A stretch of 64,000 nt of DNA from Octopus vulgaris (GCA_951406725.2 OX597824.1:44082001-44146000); one strand, 5' to 3'. Shown: positions 29,427-43,789, numbered from the stretch's first letter. Notes: generated from the letters alone by a model not told the origin. A program made the numbers and translations.

Positions 29427-30485
29427 CTATATAACAAAAATTAAAGTAAAACCTGTTAGTTTAAGAAATTTAAAAGACACAATCTCTAAATAATTTCCTG
29501 AAAATTACATTCATGAAAGAAAAAAAATAGATATCTATATGGAGCAAAACCAATGATATGAAAAATATATTGAAACTAGTTGCTTCTGATTTTAAAATAT
29601 GAATAAAGAAAATGGGCAAAACTTATTTTTTTGAACATCTTTATTGTGATGTAAAGAATTTATAGGTTTGTAATACCCTTCCCTCATACTGGCATGAATT
29701 AGAAGGCTGTCAGAAAAATTTAAACATAGATACTAATGTAAGAGTTAGATACTCCATCACATTTGATTGCCCCAACATTATAAACACACTACCAGCAAAT
29801 TACAAAATGTTAATATTTAGTCTGCTTCCATTTCACTATTAGAAATTAACTTCTCTTGAAATCTTAATTTTCTTTTAAATAAGAGGAAGATCTGTATGTT
29901 TGAGGATATATTTCAGATGATACAAAGCGTGCTAAAAGTTCAAAGGAAACTTTTGTATTTATCAAATTTTGAAAAGTAATTTAAAAAGGCAATTTAAGTG
30001 AAACAAATTAAAATATAAACAACTGTAACTATATGAAAGGCTTTGTATTCATGCAAATTAAAAAAAAAAAATTAATATATTAAAAATACACCACAAATAT
30101 CTACAGATAAGGTATAAAATAGTTTTGCTGCAAAATTCAGTTAAAATGTTTAAACATTTTAGCTGAAATATAAAAGGCTCCAATTTCCAATCTAGAGACA
30201 ACATTGCTGACATAATCACAGTTCTATGTTTAAAAGTTTAAGAAAAATTATTTTGAGTATTTTATAATGATCATATCAAATGACTTGGTTCTAGGAATTT
30301 AATTATTGACAAATGAAAATAGAAGGAAGAGATATTTTATTTGTAAGATTACTACAATCTGACACAAAATATTGAAGATATAATAATGCTACTGCATTTT
30401 AACAAAGAACTAACATTACTTGCAATAGTGTGCATGGAAGAATGTTGAGAATTATGAAAAACAATTGTCATTCAGGAAATATTTA

Positions 30486-30620
<135 letters not shown>

Positions 30621-30974
30621 TCACATGAACTCAAATGTCCAGCAACAATAATTGCACTGCTCTTCCATGTTGTCATATCTTAATTTTCTCATGAATTTGT
30701 ATTTATGGGAACAAGATGGTATTTTACAAATAAATGCCCTTAACTCTTTTGGCAATCTACAACCCAGAAATTTGTTTTCACCAGGTTCAAACATTTCTGT
30801 ATCAAGCAACAGTATGTACAACATCAATGCTTCTTTATTCATTTAAGTTTTCATACAGACTGCCAAATTGATATCTAAATTAAAAATAAATAAACCTTAA
30901 TATATTCTATGGTTTGTTTGTTACTCTTATAAAAAACACACACACGCACACAACAATTTCTTCTCCAACCATCA

Positions 30975-32000
30975 ATGAGGGTGGGCTGAAAAGTTCATAG
31001 GCTGACTATGAAGGAGTAATGCTAGAGCTGTGAAATCTTGCATGCATTATTTCAACCCTTTTTATTAATAACTGCATTGTTTTTTTTCCAGATAAACTGA
31101 CAGCCCACTGTCCGAAGAAGACTTCAAAACTGGTAGTGAGTTCTCTTGAAAATGGACAAAATTTGGCATTGTGGTGTTATCAAGTTCCTGCAGAAAAAGG
31201 ATTTAGCCCCCAATGACATTCATACTGACATGGTTGCTACATTATGGAATGACATTCCAGCTTTATTATCAGCGCAAAAGTGGACAACTAAATTTAGAAG
31301 GCTAACAGAGAGTCTTGACAATGGCCCAACATCTGGATATCCTGCAACTGCCATCATTGAGGAAAACATTCATGTTCATCACTTGATGATGGATGACAAG
31401 TGATTGACTATATGTATCAAATAGCCACTGCTATTTAGCATATCCTATGACTGAGTTGAGAATATTCACCACAATGAAATTGTGCATGATGAAGTTTCTA
31501 CTTGTGGGTGCCACATCTGATACCTGATCAAAAGTACACCAAGCTAATCATTTCACAAGAAAATCTGACATTGTTTCAGGCAGATCCAGTTGGTTTCCTT
31601 GAACATTTCCTAAACCAGGATGAGTGTTGGCTTCATCACTTTGAGTCATAAACAAAGTGACAATCCATACAATAGAAACACTCCTCCTCACCTGCTCCAA
31701 AGCAAGCCAAGGTCATTTCCTCTGCAGGGAAACTGGCAGCCTCAATTTTTGGGGATGCAAAAGGAATTGTTTTTATTGATTATCTTCAAAAGGGCTACAC
31801 CATCAATGAAGAATACTGTGCCAGCTTGCAGAGGCAATTATGAAAAGCTATGAGGACCAAACGCCTAAGAAAACTGACAAAAGGAAACTTGTTTCCTTAA
31901 GACAATATTCCAGCACACAAGTCCTTGCTTTCAGTGGCTGGTGTAAATAACTGTGGCTTTGAACTGGTTGATCAGTTCTCCTGATTTGACCCCCACCATC
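30975..32000 (+). mobile_element. mariner-like transposon relic
   Basis: TIR-like GAGGGTGGGCTGAAAAGT; MDKIWHCGVIKFL; WVPHL at about 31506; frameshifted. Confidence 0.75.
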
Positions 32001-32667
32001 CTCTGTTCTTGTTAGCTCATCTTCTGAATCCACAGCAATGTTAGAAACCCTTCCATATCATCAGCAGCTTTCTCAGAGTCACAAGCATTTCACCCCTCAG
32101 CCTGTGTGCTTTGCTTGAGTGGGACAGCAAAAGCTAAATTAATCTTTGCCGAGGGAAGGATTCCAACTGCAGTCTCTTCTCAACCAGGCAACTAAAGAAA
32201 TCTACCAAGGAAATAGGCATGGCAGCTGGCTTCAGTTGCTATACCTATCTCTTTAGAGGTTTCTTTAGGTGTCTGGCTTCCAAACATATAGTTTTAGTGA
32301 GAGATTATTCAAAAAACATCTGATTTCTGCATTTTTGCAAAAGAAAATTCAGACATTAATGTCTAAATTAAATTATTTCAGGTTAAAAATAATTTTTTAC
32401 CACTTTCCCTTCTAATGACAATGAAATAAGGTAACTTATCTTCCAATTATACGAGGGACGTTCAAATTTGAAGGATTATCAAACTAATAAAGATTTTAAG
32501 TATATTTTATTTTACTTGGTATTTGAGACAGCTTAAATTCCAAACAGTCCTAACTTGTTCTAATTATTCCAGTCTTCTTTCACCTATGAATGCTAGGATC
32601 AGCTTTAAAATACATTCCATCTTACAAACATCATCACCAAACAAGGAAATGGTAACAATCTATTTAC

Positions 32668-32733
32668 CGCCACTGGCATATTCCATCACAAGGTAAAGTG
32701 TTTTATCTGTTTCAATGACTTCGAATAGCTTCA
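32668..32733 (-). CDS. MARK: MARK/Par-1 kinase exon, (V)[21 protein letters not shown](G)
   Basis: 66 nt, attacag / gtaaat, phase 1-1. Confidence 0.95.
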
Positions 32734-33977
32734 CTGTAATTAAGAAGAAAAGGGAACATGTTACAAGAGCCAAATATTTTTTAATGAAAAAGGGATTTCA
32801 TGTTAAATCTAGAAAGATTCTAGCTGAAACACTAATAAACATATATGATAAAGGAGTCGTGTTTAGTTGTAGAAAAGTTCAATAGTTATCAATTTTCTTT
32901 GCTTCAGATATGCAAACTTGTGTCCCACTATTAACAACATTGTATTTAAAATCTTTTGGTCCAATTATCTGAAAGATGAATAAATAAGACAAATGGAAAA
33001 CTAATTCAGTGGCAAGAAACTGAACTGAAAACCATTATGAAATTTAATGCCAACAGTGAACCTTCTATTATGTTAAATAAAAAGCAAATTACATTGCTGA
33101 GCTACCCTTCAGTACAATAAGCTTGCCTTACTCTTTTATTTTGTCTTTCAAACATTGTAGATGGGAAAAATAAATCTCAAACTTTAAGAGTGTTACAAAG
33201 GGTCCATTAGAAATTATTAGACATGAGACAGGAAGGTTCTAAGAGAACCTTGAGGCTTCATAAGAAGTTAGCAATAATTCTAAGCACGACATAGATTTCC
33301 AGAGGTAATTTAGTGCAGTTTGGTGACAACTATATCAAACTATTAAAAACTAACCACATTTGTATATTTTCAAAATGGAATATCAATAAAAAGTATATAT
33401 GTAAATTATTCACTTGATAATTACAATTTGCTAACAAAAGTTTAGTGTATGTATGCACATATATACATGCAAAAATCTCTCTTTCTTTAATCTTAGGGGG
33501 GAAAATGGTTTATCATTTTTTTAAAATTAAACTAAAGTACTTTATACTTTGGTTAAGGCATTAATTACATCAACTTTTTACAAAATAGCAAAAGAAAATA
33601 TTTTCCATTTTAGGGAATCAACCCCCAAGAAATATTTGCAGAAATATGTGCTATCAGAACTGACCAGTACTTTTCAATTTTCACGACTTCAGAAAGCAAC
33701 AAAAATATTTTTTCAATATCTGAAAAATAGATACCTCCCATCAAAAACCCAACCACCACTTCTTTCTATCAATCCTTCAAAAATTCTTCAACATTGTTCC
33801 TATTCTTTCAGTGAACTGAGTTCAGAATTTTGGTTCAAATCTAGATCAAAACTTTTTCAATGATATTTCAATAAAAAGAAAAAGTTCTTAATTATCTCAT
33901 ACTTTTTAGCTCTTTTTTTAACAAATTTTGTTTATCACATTCAATTTTCAAAAAGTTTAACACTAAGGCATACATAC

Positions 33978-34026
33978 CAATGTTAGGATGGTCAAGAATT
34001 TTCATTATTCTTACTTCCCTGAACAA
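33978..34026 (-). CDS. MARK: MARK/Par-1 kinase exon, LFREVRIMKILDHPNI(V)
   Basis: 49 nt, ttgcag / gtatgt, in frame with previous exon. Confidence 0.95.
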
Positions 34027-37000
34027 CTGCAATAGAACAAAAATGGGACAAACATGAATATGTAATTAAATATAATTTAACTCAACAAGTTCTGTTGATT
34101 ATATAGTGCAATACCAACAAAAACCTTGAATAAAAAAAATCATTGGATTAGAGCTTTATTTATATATATACTAGCAGAAAGACTGCCCTCTGAGCAGTTT
34201 TCTGCTAGTCACTTGAGAATATTTTCACATTTGATTCCCAATCCTAATAATTTTTATGATATTTTATGTTGAATTGCAAAATTCTAATGTGATATTTTTG
34301 TAATGACGAAATAAAACCTGGTGAGTGTGTGTTTATATTAAAGGGACTGTGTACGTGTGTGAGAGGGGGCATTGCAAACAATTAATGAAATAAACATGAA
34401 ATGAAAAAATCGTATAAATAAAAGCTCATTAAAAACTATCTTGTACCGAATACATAAATTTGTGAACTTGAAGTTTTCAGGAAAATACACTTCCTGACTT
34501 CCTATTATTATGGTGAAAACTGAAAATTATTCTAATTAAAATGTTTTCAAAACTGATAAAGCATTCAATTTATAAGAAACCTCACTTGCTTAGTAAAATA
34601 TTTCTTCCAGTAATTTAATGTAGTTGTAATATATCTATAATTTAAACAAATATCAAGGCAACCCAACTACGTTTAGTGTGCTGGAAATAGCAGCGACCAC
34701 AGTTATTATTGTAAGGCTTATAGTATTCTAAACAGCCATACCAACAAAATCACTTCTGAATTTTTTAAAAAAATTATACCAGTATATCAAATAATTTTCA
34801 TTTTATTAAAAATATTCATTTAACAAACTCAGGAAACTGATATTACTCTTGAAATTGAGCCTCAAACTGTGGGTTTTGCAAATAGCAAATTAAAATTTGA
34901 AATGAAAACATTAAAATTAATATATATTAAATTATCATTAATGAAAATAGAGACAAGTGAGAATAAGAGACTGTTGCAAATAAAACCAGAAAATTTCACC
35001 AGCAACAAATTAATATTGTTTATTAAATATTAAAATCTACTCCGCTGTGAATGCAATGAATATTTAAATTTGTGAAAAACTTGTAGTTCAAATTTTAATA
35101 TACAGAAATTGAAATTAAAGAAAATTTCTTAGAACATGAATTAATAAAAAAATTTCCAGATGGTCAAGCCTATAATTGCTTTCTTTTAGTAACTGTTACA
35201 TACCTAATTAATAAGTAGCTTTCTCCAGTATAATATAGATATATTTTTCTTTAAAATAAATACCATTAAAACCAAATCATATGTTGGGCTGTTATTTTTT
35301 TATAAAATAACTACTCAAATTTTCTAGCTGTAAATCCTCCTTTTCTCTAATGGGTTTCATAGAAAAGAACTTCATAAATTAATCTGAAGACAAATGATGT
35401 AATCATATTTCAAGGGTTAAATATATTCTACCAGTTACCTCCCACCTCTACAACCACTTCCTTTATTCTCATTATCTTCCCTTTCCCTACCACACCATTC
35501 CATGATCATCTTTCTGTACCTTCAGTTATCACTCTCCTCTGCTATACTCCATTTTAAAGCTTCACATATCTGCTACCATTCTCAACACCCTCTCATATCC
35601 ACAACTGTGCTCCCCTCATAGCTACCTTTACATCTCCCTTTCCCCACTCTTACACTTTGCACATCATCTCCTACATTCTCACTTATCCTCCTTCCTGAGT
35701 CATTTCTCTATATTTTTTACCTTACCTGCCTCTCCATACTAATATTTCCCACCAACTACACCTCCAACCTTGTTCACTCACTACATTCACCCCCTACCCC
35801 ATATTTAACTATCTGTTACTTTCCTTCACACACTTATGAAACTGTCCAGCCTCTCTTTCCCACCATTCACAGTCCATATTCTTTCTTATAGCTCGCAATC
35901 TTGTTCCTTGAGAGCTTCCATTATCCACTCTCACACCCCATAACTATCATCCTTCATTTTCCATAACAGCTATTCCCATCCATTCTTATTTAATGTGAGG
36001 TAGTCATGTCTCCTCTACACCAAGACATCTGTGCTAGTTCCATCATTAGCTTTTGAGACCCAGCACAAAACCACATCTCTCTCCATATAGTAGCAGGGCC
36101 TTTTCATTTAACCTTGTTTCTGAATTGCAAGTTATTTGACAACTTCACTAGTTCTGGTGGCATGAAAAAAGCAATCTGAACAAATAGTAAAGTGGTTAGC
36201 ATTAAGAAAGTCATCCAGCCATAGAAACCATGCTAAACCTGAGTGGAGGTTAGTGCAAGCCCTGCAATTAGCTGAACCATTGTCAAACCATCCAACCCAT
36301 GCCATGGAAAACAAATGCTAAATGATGATAATGATGAAGTACCATGTACAACTCCACATTTTACTTGTAGTTATCTTATCTTTACAGAAGTATGACTCAT
36401 ATCAAAACATCTTTCCTTTCTATATACACTAGCACCTACAAATAAAACACACCCAGATATATCCTCTAAAAATAAAACTTTATATTTTATCATGCATCTT
36501 TATTTGAATATTTTAAGAAACAGCTCTTTGGTACTGCAAATATTTTACAATAATGACAAACATAAAAATAAAACAATATCTATTCATCCAATTAATTAAC
36601 CACTAATACCAGTAACTCCTAAATCTTATAAATATTACTATCAGTATAACTAGTTTCTTATTTATTACAATAAAAATTATTCGAAGTAGCCCTATCTAAG
36701 TAACAGATGTTACTACCAAACTGTATTTCTAATGCAGTAACAATAAACACAAAAACTGCATTACTACTGATTCATCTTGCACTTACTGCTCTAGTAATAT
36801 ATGACATAAGTTTACTCAATCATTATTCTTGAAATTGTGCCTCAAACTGTGGTGCTGCATCTTTATTCACACATCAGTAAAAAAATTCTATGTTAATAAT
36901 AACCATATAAATGGTGAAAACTGAAAATTATTCTAATTAAAACGTTTTCAACAAGTTTTCAAAACTGGTAAAGCATTTACATTTAGAAACATTCAAATAC

Positions 37001-38166
37001 TTAGAATTTCTGAGTTTAAAAAATAACTTTAAGAAGAAATTTTACAATAGTAGTCTGGTGAATGCAATAAAGCATCAAACTAACTACATTTCAGTATCTA
37101 CACACACACAAATGCACTCACACAACTACCAATTGAAGTGAAATCCTATTGTGGTCATCTTTGTTAATCCAGGCTTAAAACAAGAACTAGGTCAACGAAA
37201 CTGTGTATACTCTCTTCTCTACAAAAATTGTCATCATGCCTAATTTAGAAGCTGTTGAGTAAAACTACAGAAAAATTTAAGTTGTTGTCTTCATGGAATA
37301 TTGTGGGTAGCAGTTCAATTCAATTTATTCAACTGCTAAAATATATATATTAAAAAACTTCCTTCAGGAAATATACATGATCTTCTGCAAAGAGTCTGCT
37401 TTTTTATGAGCATTTACATAGATATTGAATAAATAATCCTACAGGAAGCCTCCCCCAACCTAGCAAGGATTTGACTAATCCCTAAGGTGAATATCAGCAA
37501 AATTAATTTTAATGCATGAAGAATGCAAAAATGATTCAACTAGAAAAAAGAAAATGTTCATTACTCATCATGTATACATTGAGAACTTATTTCTACATAG
37601 AACACTATTATCCTTATGATCATCATGTTTTCTTCTCTCTATAAATCTCACACATCAAGCCTATTTATGAAAAAAGAAACCATTATTGCTAGCTGCTGCT
37701 GGAAGTACAATAACTTAGTGAATAAAGGCCTGGACTTTTAGTTAAGAAATATTAAGTTAAAATTTCATGTCTTAACCAAACATTTCATTCCACTTGCCAA
37801 AGGTTTTTTTTAATAATTAACTGATAAAGATGTTAACATATTTAGAATAAAAAAACAGGAAAGCATAAATTTCACATATAGTTCATAATTTAATTACGTT
37901 CAACAGCTGTTTCATTAGCATAAACATCACTGATTTCATAATTATGTAATTAAGACAATTTAAAAGTGATGTCTGCCCAAATTAACTGGAGTATTGTTAT
38001 GTAAATCAGAAAGTGCTACTGGTTTAAATGTGATGAAGAAAAAGAAACGAGGAAAAGGAAAACACACAAACACAATCATGAGACATGCAAATATACAAAA
38101 GCGAAAAAAAGAAAAAGAAATAGATACATGCATATACAAATATACAGATAACAAAACACACAGAGG

Positions 38167-38525
<359 letters not shown>

Positions 38526-38740
38526 CACACATCTGCCATGCAGGACTGCCGAAATCTACAAGTTTTTTCATCCTCTCTCTGTTTATTTTCTCTTATTCCT
38601 TTCTGTTGATGAGAGTAGGCTCGAAATGTAAAAGACTTCTTCATTTTCCCAAGTGTCAAACTAATACACTTGTTTGTTGTACATATACCTGTCTTCGTTT
38701 TTTGTCTTTCTATAAATTTCAACTATACACACACACACAA

Positions 38741-38790
<50 letters not shown>

Positions 38791-39045
38791 GACAAAAACA
38801 TACATACAAAAAAGTAACACACATATCTATATAAAATATATAAATACAAGTCAAAATATACATAAATACACATGCACTCGACAATAGATATAAGCAAATA
38901 TATAAAAACTATACTTAAAATGAAAATATGAATTAGCTGTGAAATTTTTTTTATTTCAAATACATTGCTCTAAAAGATCTTTTTAACATTTTGTTTTGGG
39001 ATTTGGTTTGCAAGATTCTTTATGTGAGTTCATGTGTTGAAGCAT

Positions 39046-39305
39046 ATTCTGTTGTGTCTGGGGAGAGTCATTTTCTTTTTGTGCCTTATAATTTAACATA
39101 CTCACCAGTAAAATTTCTACTTCTTATTTTCCTAAAATTTGCGTTGCATCTTGTAACTTTTTCAATAGTCAAGACTATTGGAAAGGTTGCAAGACACAAT
39201 GAACATTTTAGGAAAATAAAAAATAAATAAGTGGAAATTTTACTGGTGAGTGTGTTAAATTATAAGGCACAAAAAGAAAATGACTCTCTCCAGATACAAC
39301 AGAAT
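39046..39305. repeat. Near-perfect palindrome (fold-back element)
   Basis: Arms 39046-39170 and 39173-39305, centre CAATAGTC-AA-GACTATTG. Confidence 0.92.
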
Positions 39306-40114
39306 CTTTTTAACAAATTACATATATTCATGCAAGTTCATGCCAACTGGATTTATCACCATGTAATAAGATATTGGAGATTAATGATCCATTATTAACC
39401 GAGATCTTAATTAACATGTACATATTTTTTGTTTCTAAGAATCAATTTTTTGATATTGAAGATGTTAAGATATTAAGCTTAAATATTAACTTTGGTATCA
39501 AAAAATTTGAAGACAGTATATGTAAGTTGAAAAGGACAAATAATAGTAACACATTCTTTGACTTCTTCCTGAGAACCCCCTAGAATTCTCTTCACATTGA
39601 TGTTTTTCCAAAAGTATGTTCAAAATGAGATTCAATTACATCAGTTTCACAACTCTCAGAGGTCCAATGAAAGTATAAACACTACCTCTGCAGCCTTTCT
39701 AAACCATAAAAAGAAATACACTTTGAGAGACTATGGAATTTGAGGGTTTTGTTTCAAATTAACCCGAACCATATTACGTATTAAGGAGAAAAATGAAAAT
39801 TTGAACAGGTTGAAAAATTGGTGATGAAATATTCCAGGGGTGTGCATAGGAGAAACTAGGATGATACTTCAGCATAGTTTCTGAAAGGTAAATATTTTTT
39901 TTGATTTTTATAGTGCAATGATTTGACAAAAAATGTTATAATTGATAAATATGAAGCATGAAATAACTTCCAACGACTTTAAATCTCAAGGAGATTTAAG
40001 CTGTGGCACATTTCTGCAGCCACCACCAGAACACTGGAATGGAGAATAAAATAGTAAAATATACATAATCTATTCCAACAAAACAATACACCTACACAAC
40101 CCATATGACCAACT

Positions 40115-40912
40115 GGATCTTTACCTTTTGACCTACAGATTTAAAAAATAATTTTTTGTAACTAAACACTTTCAAACTTCGTATACTTGTAGAATGTGTC
40201 ATATAAAACATGTTTTACTCTTAGCATTTTTGAGAAAAACTTATATTTACGAAGTTATTTTACGTTAAAGTTCTCGTATTTCGGTAATTTCAACCAGTCA
40301 ATGACGTGTATTCAGCTGAATAAAATTACTGCCATTGTTTGTCAACAACAAATATTGGTGGTGTATTTTTCGTTAGTCACCATTATTTATGACATCATTC
40401 ATACTGGTTTTAAGGTATTAGGGTTAAGGTGTTAAGGTTAGGATTTTAGGGTTAGGGTGTTAGAGTTAAGGTTTTAGGGTTAGGGTTTTAAGGTTAGGGT
40501 TGTCATAAATAACAGTGACAAATGAAATATACACTGCTGGAAGTTCTTGTAGAGAAACAACAGCAGTTAATTTTATTCAGCTGAATACACGTCATTGATT
40601 GGTTGAAATTACTGAAATAGGACAACTTTAATGTGAAATAACTTCGTAAATATAAGTTTTTCACAAAAATGCTAAGAGTAAAAGATGTTTTATATGACAC
40701 ATTCTACCAGTGTCCGAAGTTTGAAAGTGTTTAGTTAAATCCTTAAAAATGTTTTAGCCCGAAGGCCGCGGCCATGCTGGAGCACCACAGCTGTAGAAAC
40801 ATATGGAACGCTTCACGAATTTGCGTGTCATCCTTGCGCAGGGGCCATGCTAATTTTCTCTGTATCGTTCCAATTTTAGAATATGTACTGCCAGGTCAAA
40901 AGGTAAAGATAC
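40115..40912. mobile_element. Fold-back/MITE-like element with long inverted arms, TTAGGG-like centre and U6 chimera in the right arm
   Basis: Termini GGATCTTTACCTTTTGACCT / AGGTCAAAAGGTAAAGATAC; arms 40159-40394 vs 40501-40737 (mirror ORFs 40196+ and 40503-); flanks gaccaact / gaccagct. Confidence 0.85.
40801..40892 (-). pseudogene. U6: U6 snRNA-derived sequence, lacking about the first 11 nt and the terminal U tract
   Basis: Minus strand reads GGCAGTACATATTCTAAAATTGGAACGATACAGAGAAAATTAGCATGGCCCCTGCGCAAGGATGACACGCAAATTCGTGAAGCGTTCCATAT; ACAGAGA box, AGC triad and ISL recognisable; no upstream promoter context. Confidence 0.93.
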
Positions 40913-42152
40913 GACCAGCTTCATAAATAGACTGTATGGTATGAGCTCAGTTCAGACAAAAGCATAATATGGAATGCTCATGTTGATTCGGCATCTCTGT
41001 GCTGCAGAAATATTTGAAAAGAGCTGACCAGGTTTACCACAGCAATGGTAAGCAATACTCATACTAACAACATTGTCTGGCTATTTTTATTGAGGTTAAA
41101 TAAGAATAGTATCACTCAAACAACAAATTAATAATGTTATTCTTAATAACTAGTGACTCAGTGCCATTACTGATTGGGTAACAGCTTATGAGATAAGAGA
41201 TTTTGATATGTAACAGCTGAAGGGAAGGCATGCAGGCATTTGAAACCAGAAAGAGATTTCCAAAGAGACAAGAAGAAAAAGTTTAATTTAAGATGCTGGT
41301 TAGATAGCTGATATTTGAAAAGGAAACTATCATCAAGAAAATGAATTCAGGAAGATAAAAGGAATGAAAATTCAATACTGAATTAGCAATGTGGGTACAT
41401 GCAAAACACAAACATTTAAATCTAAACCCTGTAGAAAATTTCAATTCATATATAAAGTAAAATATGCCAGAAATTTAATGTGATGGATGAGGTACCGGAG
41501 TCAGTGATAGCAAAATTTAACAGTTACATGTTAAGATAAGGCATGAAGGTCAAAAAGTAACAAGAATTTGAGTCAGTTGATAGATATCAAAGGAATCAAG
41601 CAGTATGCACTAATGTCAAGAGTGTGTTACACAAACCAAAATTTGAGTAATATTTGAATAACCACATAAAAGTATTACCATAAGGAAATCATAACACTGC
41701 CACCTCAAAACTTTTTATCTTATTAGTTAAAACACACAGAACTTATCTATTTGAGAGGACTAATTTCAAATGAGATCAAAATTTGTAAATCACATCAAAT
41801 TATTAAAAAAGACTTTTGCCTGGTTTAATCACACTATCTATCTAGCTCTTGGGTGCCTTTAGCATCTGGATAGATGTTGTAAGCATTCAGACTAGGTTTA
41901 TAGTCTAAGGATAACTCACAAGTTTTTTTCTCACTTTCTTTTAGTCTTGGAGGTCCTTCAAAAAGGTCATGAACATAGGACATTTTCCTGTGATTAAATA
42001 ATACATACGTGTATGTTTGTGTACATATTGGTTATACTTCTTATGGCTACAGAACATTCTTTTCTTTGGTTCATAAGGTTGCCAAGATATTCTCTTGTGA
42101 TGTATACCAATACTAATAGTCAGCCATCATATCTATATTCTCTATTTTCTAA

Positions 42153-42665
42153 TAGAGGTTGAGAATCTCTTATCCTAAATTCCTGGGACTGAAAGAGTTG
42201 TGGATTTCAAATTCTTTTTCAGATTTTGGAGAATTTTTATATTTGCATCTATAAAATGGGAAAGCTTAGATGGGACCCAAGTCTAAACACAATAACCATT
42301 TACATTTCATAATATAGCTTAGACACATACCCTGAATATAATCTTATATAAATTTTTTATATTTTTTTAGTACATAATTCCATCCAGAAAAGATATCAGT
42401 CTCCACCTATAATGTTATGTCTTGGGTAAAAGGTTACAGTATACATGTGTCATTTTGTAATTTGGATCCTTATCTCTTGTAGGAGTTCTCTCATCAGCTG
42501 TAGTGAGTGTTTCTTTTGGGAAATAACACGAGAACAATGATGGCTCATCAGTGGCAATCTTGACAAACTCATTAATGAATTTCTCTGCTACTTCATGATC
42601 AGCAGATGCTTTACCATCACAAATCATTAAATATTTAATACTGTGCCTTTCCTTAAATGTTTGCT
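42153..42665 (-). mobile_element. pogo/Tigger-like relic
   Basis: ICDGKASADHEVAEKFINEF segment and GGTTGAG..CTTATCC terminus. Confidence 0.55.
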
Positions 42666-42671
42666 ATCATA

Positions 42672-42866
42672 GACGCAGGAGTGGCTGTGTGGTAAGTAGC
42701 TTGCTTACCAACCACATGGTTCCGGGTGTGTATATGTGTGTTTATGTCCCTGTAACTTAGCAGTTTGGCAAAAGAGACTGATAGAATAAGTACTAGGCTT
42801 ACAAAGAATAAGTCCTGGGGCCAATTTGCTTGACTAAAGGCAGTGCTCCAGTATGGCTGCAGTCAA
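42672..42866 (+). mobile_element. tRNA-derived SINE (internally deleted); related copies at about 50180-50465, 59350-59635, 62250-62610 (-)
   Basis: Head GGAGTGGCTGTGTGGTAAG and shared tail AGAATAAGT..GG(C/T)GGTGCTCCAGCATGGC. Confidence 0.7.
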
Positions 42867-43746
42867 ATATTCATTCTGATATCCACCAAACTCTACTAAT
42901 AATGATGATGATAGTGATTTCATAGACTGGCAAAACCACAAATTTGGGATAAAAAGAATTGAATTCACATGTTTCAACTTTATAGATTCCAGAGGAGAGA
43001 AGAGCAATGTTAGTCCTGGCAGGACTGGAACTGGGACCTGCATTGACAAACAGAAGAGATAGTATTTGAATAACTTAATCTACCCAGAAAAATGAAGAGA
43101 AAAATCGACCTTCAAAGATTTAAATAATAATAAATACAACCATTTCTGTCTATCTACTGCCAATGCCATCAAAGATTAATGAAGTAAGGCATGATTGATT
43201 TGCCTAACAGACAGAAATATTCCATAAAGAACCGTAGCTAATGAAGGAATGAAAAATGCAATGCACAAAATAAAATAAAAAACTAACCATAAGTGGGATT
43301 AGAACTTAATGTGTGTGTGTGTTAGAGAGAAGAAAATTATACAAGCCAACTTAGCACCAGGATAATTCCAGCTGGAAACTAATCTTCATATGCTTATACT
43401 AGATATGTATATATAGGCCTGTGAATGTGTGCACTTCTGTAAGTATATCTGGATATACACATGAAAGCTTTTGTGTGAAGTAACAATAATTATGGTTGCA
43501 TTATCTAAGTCTGGGTAGGTGTATATGCACATAAGATATACATTATAAAAAAATAATTGAAACGAGCAGAAAAACATTTCTGGCTTGCTCAAAAATCAAA
43601 GATTCAAGGAATAGTAAGGTCAAGAACAAAACAAAAAGTATCAAGTAATAAGGTTTAATATTATACTACTATCTATTTAATCATGATTCAAGCTTTATCA
43701 GATGCATTGAGAGTCAGTTCAGACATTATATTACATATATATGTAT

Positions 43747-43789
<43 letters not shown>

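Noticed and set aside
40801-40892. Functional U6 gene
   Set aside because: 5' stem truncated, G-to-A change after the ACAGAGA box, no clean T-run terminator, upstream is a transposon terminus.
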